From positions 85,808,001 through 85,872,000 of the forward strand of contig NC_043003.1 in assembly GCF_006345805.1 (NCBI RefSeq): 64,000 nt of DNA. The letters run 5' to 3'. Positions 53,829 to 64,000 of the stretch are shown piece after piece. Below the pieces are notes generated by a model. That model had not been told where the DNA came from. It was given only the letters and a program-made list of their open reading frames with translations, and searched no databases. The stretch comes from Octopus sinensis (Eukaryota). A program made the position numbers and the translations under genes. The first letter of the stretch is position 1, and each line of letters starts with the position of its first letter.

Positions 53829-54416
53829 TATATATATATTTCTCTAACTGCTTTTAGAACCTATACTCTCACGGCGTCTTCCCCTCCATCTTATATGCAT
53901 AATACATACATACATACATTCAGACATGCATACGTATAAGCGAAGAGAACAATATACCACGAGTTGACAATGAGTTCTCCAGAAAGGGGTCACAACCACA
54001 ACACTACATCACACTTCGAAGGCTGTGTTTGCAATCAAAGTGCAGGAGATTGCTACAAAATACTTAATGAGTCGTCCCAAGACGCAACTAAAAATGTCGA
54101 TTATGCCATGTTTTTGCAAAAGGCTCAATATGAAAGGAGATGCAAACCAAATACTCTGTCTTTGTACTGAGTGATCCTTCAGTTAAAGTTTGACTGTCTT
54201 CATGTTTGTACATAATATACACACATATGTATCCTTCTTTTTTGTCTCCCAATCTCTCTCTCTACATAAATACACACACGCTTACACACACGACAAAAGT
54301 TTGATTCAGCTCCACTACTATTAAATACTTATAGCTCCAAGTAAATGTGTCTAATGCTCTTCTTTCATTTTTTCATTCATTCGTGTATATATACATACAT
54401 ACATACAAACGCACGC

Positions 54417-54451
<35 letters not shown>

Positions 54452-54620
54452 ATATATATTATATATATATATATACCTATATACATAATACGCACACACA
54501 CAAAGAGAGAGAAGCATAGAGAGAGAAACTCCAATATATAATATGTCTGCATTTATAATGCACACGTGCATCTCCACACGCACGCACCCCTCCACACACA
54601 CTCACATTCAAACACACACA

Positions 54621-54674
<54 letters not shown>

Positions 54675-55500
54675 GATATTCACATATGGAAAGCACGGCT
54701 AAGTTCTAATCTATTATTTATAAATGTTTTCCACATGTCTGCACACCAGACCACTATAATTCGTTTGGAAGAATAAAGTTCTCAAATTAATCTTTATCTC
54801 AGCCTCATCTTCAGGACGTGGTGTGATTTTGGCTTTAGTGCTGTCATTTTAATGATAAGGTGGGAGTGCTTATGCTTATATTTATACCGATTTTGTTGCT
54901 AGAATGTGGCCGTTAGATCGTTAGATCTCATTGGAAATGCAGATGTGGCGTGTAAAAAATAAAATCTGAAGCCATCCTCGGAGTAATCTGATGTCAGTAA
55001 CTAATCCGATCTAAGTTTGTTATTCCTTTCTCCGGGATCGATAAAATGAGTACTTGCAATAGAAGGAAACCGGTCCAATCGACCAACCGCATCCATTGTC
55101 TGTCATACAATATTGGCATTGAACATAGTGTAAAAAGAATTTAATAACATCAGTATAAAGTATTAAAACACTTGCACCCGCCGGAAATATAGCTACAGCA
55201 GCAGTGGCAGAAGTAGCAGCAACCGCAGCTATTACGCCACCGATAAATATAGCAGCAATACCTGCACCAAGCAACAGTATCCGCAGTAAAAATAAAATCA
55301 TTAAATAAAGCATTATCCAGTACACAGTAGCGGCCAGCATTCTATCATTGTTGGTGGTGTTGTGTGATTGTTCGGACTATATGTGCAAATACTTTTGTAT
55401 TTGCAAGCTTTATTCTGTCGAAATGAAAAACATGAACGCTGTCAAATACACGGTGTCATTTAACAACACAACGGAAATTATCGAGTGCGTGAGCATGTGG

Positions 55501-55558
<58 letters not shown>

Positions 55559-55646
55559 AAAGTAAGGGACAAAAATTCGCATACATAAATTACACACACA
55601 TAAAGAGAAAAAACACAGCTGTGGGCATAAACATAAACTTAATTAC

Positions 55647-55832
55647 CTGGCATAGGCTGACACATAATTGGTGGCCTGGAAGCCATGATATCTCTGTTGT
55701 CTGGCTGGATATAGTCCTCAAGATGTTCTATAGTGGCAGGTGGAAGTTCCGTCATATTATAGTCCATTTCTGGTCTGAATTTACCTTCCAGGATGTCAAC
55801 AGCCACGCCGTAGTGAAGAATTGAACCATTTA
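55647..55832 (-). CDS. rk: LGR (bursicon-receptor-like) hinge exon
   Basis: Acceptor ttttatttatacag, donor CCAG|gtaatt; 186 nt, phase 1-1. Translation xNGSILHYGVAVDILEGKFRPEMDYNMTELPPATIEHLEDYIQPDNRDIMASRPPIMCQPMP. Splices to give CQPMPDPFLPCDDLFG, matching the type B LGR hinge motif (rickets-like CxPxPxPFxPCxDLF). The symbol denotes the presumed orthology group only. Confidence 0.88.
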
Positions 55833-56084
55833 CTGTATAAATAAAAATAAAATTATAACATAACTTTGTTAGTTTCCAGTCAAAGATAAATCAATTCACA
55901 ATAAAGAAAAAAATATGGATTAGAAAGAAACATAATCATGTTTAATTTATAGAACTTTTTGCCTAATATGTTAAATTTAAAAAACATTAATTAGTTTAAC
56001 CGTATGCCATATATTGTGAAGTGCTGAAACTTTATGATTGAGTAAGTAAAGTGTAAGAGCTTTGATCTTTTAAAAAATTCTTTT

Positions 56085-56400
56085 ATATGCTTCAGTTATT
56101 GGACTACGGCCATGTTGAGGCACGCCTTTGATGGCTTTCATCTAACAAATCGACCCCAGTACTTATTCTTTTTAAATCTGACACTTATTCTACCAATAAT
56201 TTATGAGGACCTAAACAAACCAACACCGGCTGTCAAGCAGTGTGAGTATAACACAAAATATGCACACGCACATACATACACACACTCACACACACGCACG
56301 CACGCACACGCACGCACGCACACGCACGCACACACACGCACGCACGCACGCACACGCACGCACGCACGCACGCACGCACACGCACGCACGCACACGCACG

Positions 56401-56462
<62 letters not shown>

Positions 56463-56590
56463 AAGGTTTTTTGCCACATAATATCTGTCGACCAAATTCA
56501 CTCACAATGCATTGGTCGATCCGGGGCTATAGTAAAAGAAACTTATCTAAGGCGCTGCACAATGGTACAGAATTAGAAATCATGGGGTTG
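56085..56590 (-). mobile_element. Diverged family A SINE with (GCAC)/(CA) centre
   Basis: Reverse complement of both head and tail halves. Confidence 0.7.
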
Positions 56591-56971
56591 AAGAAAAGAA
56601 ATATCAGGTGACATCTATACTGAGATGATGTAATTGATCAAACATTTCGAAGTGGTTCTCTTGTGTGATCGCAGCTCAATGAATGAAACTAGTTTCTAAT
56701 TGAGGCACAAGGTCAGTCTAATAATAGTTAAGGCACAACGTCGGTTATTTGTAGAGAGGGATTGAGTTGGCACTGTCAACCCACCCCCTTGTATGTGTGT
56801 TTGTGTGTGTGTGTGTGTCTTTTGTGTCTTTTGTGTGTTTGTGTGTACGTTTAGGGTGTGATAGATAAACCTTTCATATTTTACAAGGCTGTTAGTGTAG
56901 TGCTAGTGAAGTTAGGCAAATGATAATGATGTCTTCATATAGCTAATGTTTCATCCTTTTTTTCCAGTTAC

Positions 56972-57233
56972 CATCATGGTTTGATCTGGTGCACACAGTA
57001 CGTTTGTAGTCGAAACGTTTGTCAATAATGGTGAGTCTGAGTCTTTTTCTGCCATTCCCTGTATGTACAGCCTTCCACGCTCCGTCGCCTGAAGTGCTCT
57101 TACAAGGTGTTGGTCTGTTCAAGACTGTGACAGAAGATACTTGCCAAAAGTACTGCACAAATCAGTCCATCTCGGTACCTCGTGGTTGATAAGTGAATTT
57201 CTTTTTATCACATAGCCATGCATCCATCCGTAG
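56972..57233 (-). CDS. Candidate upstream hinge exon(s) of the LGR gene, boundaries unresolved
   Basis: Coding-like, less AT-rich block. Option A: 56972-57124 (acceptor tcttctgtcacag, donor gtaact, 153 nt, phase 1-1, ...FDYKRTVCTRSNHD). Option B: 57145-57233 ending at a GC donor (TTTG|gcaagt). Both are phase-compatible with the 55832 exon. No frame is open across the whole block. Confidence 0.35.
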
Positions 57234-58864
57234 CTGTATATATAAAAGGAGTCCGTCACGTATGATTTATAATACAAAATATTTATATCTTTGTGAGCTG
57301 TAGTTGGGCATGTCGAGAGCTTTTACAAATATGTGAATTTTGAAACCAACGGTGTCATGTTATCATTTCTCAGATGTTCTAAGTTTTAGTGTTTAGGAAC
57401 ATAATGACACGCACATATATACTTATATGATTGAATGTGACATAACATGCATGTGTGTTGATGTGTGTGTAGGTGAATGTATGAGCATAGCTTGCATTAC
57501 GTGTTAATCTTTTAATTTGCCGAAAAAAATACAGTGTTCTAAATGGTAGAATAACATCAAATGCTTTGCAATATTTAGCTGTGTCCCTACATGCCCTCAT
57601 TTCAAATATATCTAGGACTTATAAAGTAATTAACCGTAAAGTGCTGACAGTTGATTCAAGCAGATCAAGAAATGTATTGCTTGGTGCCTACGTAAGTAAT
57701 TGATATGTTTTATCTGTGATTTACTGTGGAAACTTGCCACTCGGGTTCCATTCTCATTAGTTCATACAAGTTTCATAAAACAAGGCTCTTATCTTGATAC
57801 AGGTCTACCACAGTTATACTGTTAATGCCATCGTAAAAAAATCGTCGGTGAGGAGTCCTTTACGTGTTTCTTTGACCTTCAAGAAGTGGCAGCTAATTTC
57901 TCTTAAATCACGCACTATTATTTTATAGATGGCAAACTGAATAATTCGATCATGGGTGTTCCGTGTGTAAGAAGACCGGATGATTTTTGGTTAGAATGCA
58001 TTAGATCATAGGTCCGTCTACTCCTTGAGAGCTAACGTGGAGCTAAGTAAATTCAACATGAACATAATTCCACATTTTCGTCTTAGTTTTAAGCTAGAAT
58101 GTTTCCAATCAAAAGAAGCTGCTGAAACTACTTATGATACCTCTATACAATATTACATTAATAATAATTATATTACCATATAATATATAAAAATCAATTA
58201 TTTTTTTTGTCATATGATTAAATTTAAATATTGTGCAATTTCAGAGATTTGAATAGAAGCGAGAATTTATTTAATTTTTATTACTCATTGGCGCCTTTGG
58301 AAATGGAAAATTTCAGATGGGATTTTAAATCGACTTTCTATGAATAGAAATCTTATTAACATTTGCGAAAATGCATTATCAACATTTTTCAAAAATTATT
58401 TGATACAATGAATATATTTCAACTAACGACATTGAATGCCATTTCATATTAATTCACTCATCACATCTAACAATGGATATAACTATGCCTAGAGCACAAT
58501 TTATTGCAACAGTCATTTAAATTTTAAATATTTAACTTGCCGGCATATTCCTATTATACTCATAAAATGAAAACAATATTCATCTAACCTCACACGCTGC
58601 AATGTTATCTTAATTCATAACCAAGATTTTTGAGTAGAAAAAGAAGTGAAGATGTTCATTATTTTTCTGTATACAGGAATATAGACATTGCAATATTTCC
58701 CATCTAAGTTAATATTTCGAGGTTTACTTGAGGCAGCCTTATTCTTTTCGTGTCCTTAGTGCCAGCTATGTCGGCCATTTTGTTTTATATGGTAACATTC
58801 GTACCTCGAATTTATATAAGCCACATCCTTATTATGTAAGCGCATTGTTATTAAATAAGCCAAT

Positions 58865-59073
58865 CTTTTATCTTTTACTTTTTTCATGACTGCGGCCATG
58901 CTGGGACACCATCTTAAACGATTTAGTCGAACAAGTTAATACTTTACTTTTTCTGAAGTCTGACACTTATTCTGTCTCTTCACCCTCGAGCCGCTATGTT
59001 ACGGGGACAGGCAAATCTTGCAGTCAGGCTGGTATGACTGATAAACGCTAACATGAAGACACACATACATATG

Positions 59074-59120
<47 letters not shown>

Positions 59121-59165
59121 GTCTGTCTGTCTGTCTGTCTGTCTGTCCTGTCTGTCTGTCTGTCC

Positions 59166-59205
<40 letters not shown>

Positions 59206-59460
59206 CTGTCTGTCTGTCTGTCTGTCCGTCCGTCCGTCCGTCGTCCGTCCGTCGTCCGTCCGTCCGTCCGTCCGTCCGTCCGTCCGTCCGTCTGTCTGTC
59301 TGTAAATGTACGACGAGCTTCTTTCAATTTCCGTCTACCAAATCCACTTACATGGCTTTGGTGAGTCTGGGGCTACAGTAGAAGACCCTTGCGCAAGATA
59401 TCACGCCATAGAACTGAACCCGATATCATGTGGCTACTTACTACATAGCCATACCCACAC
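58865..59460 (-). mobile_element. Diverged family A SINE with compound tetranucleotide centre
   Basis: Head near 59310-59450, tail near 58865-59050. Confidence 0.65.
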
Positions 59461-59493
59461 CTTTATACATACATACATACATACACACACATA

Positions 59494-59563
<70 letters not shown>

Positions 59564-61519
59564 TCCATTGGATCCTGAAATAAAAATCATATTCAATCCA
59601 TGATGTGGTATTTGAAATAATTCATTTTTGTCCCTTTTACCTGCAATATGTAAGCTGAGTTGACCGTAGTCTGATACCAAAAGAAAATAACCACCGCAAC
59701 TGAGATGGTTTATAATTTCATTTGAATTGAGATCAATTTGAAGGAAATTTACCAACTATTTCTAGCATGTTGAACAATTACATGAGATGCCCTCTCGTTG
59801 ATGCTATAATTATCAATTTATAATCAGTGGCGTTGGTTTTAGCTCATTACTGATTATTTCTGGTTGGATTTGTAATCAAGTTTGACAGTAACTACATCAT
59901 CGTTTGTATTGACACAGAGTTTTCTTTAATTTAAACATCAATCAGCTTAACTGGAGTTTTCTGAATTCATTTTTATCTGGTACAAGGACAAGAACTGATA
60001 CTGCTTAAAAATAAATACATAATAAAATTTAAAAAAAAAGCAAAATGAAGAGCTACTTAGTACATTAAGGATTTTTTAAAAAACTAAAACTACTTATCCA
60101 GTAGTCAAGTTTGACAAAGGTCGTGACAAGAGCAATTAATGACTGTCAACATTTAAGCTTTTAACCATTCATGCATTATGCTAGTTTCTATCCTATCATA
60201 CTCACTGCCTTGAGCTCTCGAATAAAACTCTCCAGCCTTCTTTCTGAAATTAATTACAGCATTTGCAACTTTGTGAGAAGTGAAGCAGATGAACTACCAA
60301 AGTATTAATCTATCAACCAGCTTGTTTAAATTTGATGCATATGGTGCGTTATGCTTCTGAAGGAGGCCACTTAAATCTTCATATATCGATTCACTTCACT
60401 GAAGCAATGCCGGAAAGTTCCAGTAAATGATTTATCTACAGAGTAATCAGGTGTTTCTTTGATTTTGTAATTCTTTTCCTTTTGGTAAGATGGATGATTT
60501 TGTCTATTCAACTGGTCTATTCAAGAACTGGTCTATTCAAGGATTAAATATCATGGCTACAGATACATCGTATTGCCTGTAACAGTGTTCAAAACGCCGA
60601 TCTTTCAGTTGACTTTTGGAGGCAGCCTAACAACAATAAGCACTCTCCCAGATATCGTTTCACGTTCATTAAATTTTATTATCTTTAATATTTAAGTAAT
60701 TTTTTAAAGTAGATAAACTAAATAGAATATAGGGCTGTCAGATAAATTTTTTTCTACTTGCAACACCATCATCGTATATTTGAAAAGAGGGAATATTTAT
60801 TCAAATATCAAAAAAGATAAACAATGGTTATAGGGAAAGAAAAGAGCTACAAAAATCTTCATAAAACACTACGATAAAATATTTTCCGTGTTAAATCCAA
60901 TAACATTGGAATAGACTAAAATAAATGAAATGAAAAAAGGAACGAATATATTTATATGGCAACATTGTATTTAGTATACTTAGATACTGCAGCCAATGGC
61001 CATTTGATCAGTGAGACTTATGTTTGTTATTTCCATATACCATATAACTCATTAATTCAAACAGAAAACATTCTGTTAGCTCCTGGCAAGGAGAATCTGC
61101 TGCTCTTGTTTCCATATTCTTAAACCACTATTTTGTTTTTGTACGTTGATATGTTCTTAGGCAATCTCAATTTCTCTACGATAATAAAAATCAGTTTTTA
61201 TTTTTTCGAAAGAAATCAATACTTCGCGGTTGTTTTTATTTATTTATTTAATAAACATCTCAAATGTATTTATTGAAGTAACATATGGAAAAAGCTACGG
61301 AAAATAACAAAATATTTAGTGATTGTATGCAAACTGAAAAAGAATTATAGAAAAATTTCACACCAGAGAATGTAATTTTAAAATATAGAAGGAATGCCGA
61401 GCTTTTCCAAAACCCAAAATAAATCTTCATTTACAATTTAAACTTGTTCAAAATCCCGTTGAAGAAAATTGTATTTTATGTGCATTAATACAAATGCAAC
61501 TAGCAAACGATAACTAACT

Positions 61520-61594
<75 letters not shown>

Positions 61595-62195
61595 AATATA
61601 TGTATATATATATATGCATACACACACATATGTAAAATGCATATATCCACAAACACACACAACGCACACATAAATAAGCACGCACACATTCACACCCATG
61701 GTGATCAGGTTTATGTCGAAGATTCCCCAAGAACGGTTTTTAACTTGAGTAAATATAAGACTAGCTTCTTATTCTCTTTGCGCACGCACACACACACACG
61801 CACGCGCGCGCATTTTATAAGGAACTCGATCGGAATTTCCGACAACGAATTTTATTTGTTTTACTTAACTACGTGGCTCATTGAATTATGGTGTAAGTGA
61901 CTGACTTTTTCACATATAAAAATTCGTATATTCGCATCCAGGGTACAAGTTTGAATCACAATGATTTAAAAATACAGGCCCACCGACTGACCTCTTCACA
62001 GTTTTGGTTTAACTAATTTAACTCACGATCTTCAAATTGATCCGAGGTCATAGGATATGGCGTTTGCACAAGCTACCGCGCAGTGAGATTGAACTCAGAG
62101 ACTCGTGGTTAGAAAGCGAACTCAACCATACTACACTTATGCATACATACATACATACATACATACATACATGCATGCATGCATGCATGCATACA

Positions 62196-62226
<31 letters not shown>

Positions 62227-62265
62227 CGACACATGCATTTTCTCTGTCTGTCTATCTGTCTGTCG

Positions 62266-62300
<35 letters not shown>

Positions 62301-62642
62301 ACATATCTATTTAGTCCCGGACTCACTTTTACAGAACTAATACCGTTGGAGAATTTTCCCAGAGTTGATTTTAATCATATCTCTAGTTTAAGTGATAAAA
62401 AGTGTGTATGCCGGCGTGGGAGAATTAAAGATATTTAAATTGTATAAGGTAATATGTGTTACTCTGGTAAGGGGGCCATTGTAAATTTAAAACAAAACAT
62501 TTAAGATCTGAAATTTTAAATGAAGCCGTTGATTTAGTAGCGGTTATAATTAAAAGTACATGAAGTTTGGACGCGCTTAAACAAAGGATAACAGGTTTTT
62601 TCATGATTAAAAATGGAGAGTTTCAACTTGTGTAAAAAAATA

Positions 62643-63468
62643 TAGGATACTCGAGCTAAATTTAACAGTTTGCCTGAAAGCAAAGAAAACACAAAATAAT
62701 CAAAAGCAAAAATCAACTAGATTATAACTGGAAGATAACACTTTACTCAAAGTAGCCGCCGTTGGCTTCCACTACAGCCTCAAGATGGTTCTGGAATCTG
62801 GTGTATGTGTTCCTCATTGCATTGCTGGGAAGATCTTCCGACATCTCCTTGGCGTTGCAGGCGGAGCAGTTGGTGTCTTTTTCAACCGCGCCCCACGCAT
62901 AGTAATCTATGAGATTACAATTGGAGGAATCAGACGGCCATAAACCGGGTCTGCTGAAGTCCTAGAAATTCTCCGAAAACCACTTCCGATTCTTTTCGGA
63001 GGTATGGCAAGGAGCCGAACCCTGCTGTTGCACATGTGGCTTTCCGGCAGCAACCTTCTCCAACCAAAATTTGACCAGTCTCCAGTAGCTTCACATAGCC
63101 GTCTGAATTGAGCCTCAGGCCATGTTAATCAATTGTTTGATGAATTCCTGTGTGCAGAGGCAGTCAGAAAGTCTGCCGTGTCTCTTCTTACTGGCCACAG
63201 TTCCGTAGTCTCCGTTGCAGCTGTCCATTTCCCACCTTAGAGCATTTACAGTGCTCACAGAGCTTAGGACAGCAGTTATAATGACAGCATTTTTATACCA
63301 GGTGCGAATCATCTTGATACAGGCAGCTCTTCTTCAGTATTCAGATTGCTTCTAGTCTTCCATGTCAGGTAACTTTTTCTTACCTACAACTGTCGATAGT
63401 TTGCCAATACAGCAAGATGTTCCCGAAAAAAAGGACGTAAAAATTTTCTTATTTAGCACGAACACCTG
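62643..63468 (-). mobile_element. maT/DD37D-like mariner deletion derivative
   Basis: Frameshifted transposase: QQ.SAPCHTS.K...WFSENF, WP..S..CN.IDYYAWGAVEKDTN, RFQNHLEAVVEANGGYFE* (stop 62743-62745). Imperfect TIRs taggatactcgagctaaat / caggtgttcgtgctaaat. Confidence 0.8.
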
Positions 63469-64000
63469 TGGAATAGATTACTCTATAAAGAATTTTGAAT
63501 GGTAATAGTAAGTTATAAAGCTATGTTATTTTAATCCGATCTTTACGATTACTGTGTCTGGTGTATTGTGAATATATTAATTTAAAATGGGATTAAGCTA
63601 ACGTAGCGGTTAGCTTAAAAGAATATTCGTTTGTCTAAACATTAATGACTTTAACTTAAAATTCTAGAGACTGATAGATCGAGGAGAGATATTCATTATA
63701 TATTCTGTCTGTAATATCTTTAAATGTACTAGTAAATGTCTTTGCATGGCTGGGAAGTTACGGTTAGACAGGTGTACGTCGATATTGATAATGCTGCAAT
63801 TTATTAAAAGATGCACGCATGTATGAAATATAATTCCTTACATCAAGGTTCTAGCCGGCCGAAAACAGTATAACCATAGACGGTAATATGGATTTCATAA
63901 ATATAGTAATGTTGTATAAAAATATATTAAACCAGAAAGTAATATTAAAATAGGACACAGACGATTACGATAATGAGTTTTGTGTATTTTCTGTATTCTT

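Noticed and set aside
55020-55340. Hydrophobic 106-aa ORF
   Set aside because: Derived from GCA/GTA-type low-complexity DNA plus a decayed SINE core; no LGR motif or convincing splice sites.

Overview
AT-rich, repeat-dense animal genomic DNA. The SINE families, microsatellite load and TE mix point to an octopod cephalopod (inference). The only host gene I can support is on the minus strand: three confidently placed exons (55647-55832, 51918-52145, 22965-23144; all phase 1-1, GT-AG) splice in frame into hinge-TM1-TM2-TM3-ICL2 of a type B leucine-rich-repeat GPCR closely resembling the insect bursicon receptor rickets/LGR2. The LRR exons and TM4-7 were not found in the window; short upstream candidate exons at 57-60 kb are unresolved. 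The rest is intron: tRNA-derived and Deu/Nin-domain SINEs (including two opposed 4x184-bp SINE arrays), decayed Tc1/mariner, R4/Dong, CR1, RTE and Penelope-like remnants, non-autonomous Helitrons, foldback MITEs and many microsatellites. The most interesting observations are minimal type I hammerhead-ribozyme-like motifs with non-canonical cores (a G3-C8 swap; a U6 variant in three copies) in (TA)n-flanked, Penelope-like repeats. Also notable are locally templated duplications and several (TA)n-centred inverted duplications that are probably assembly foldbacks. No rRNA, true tRNA or CRISPR was found. All calls are by eye, without database searches.
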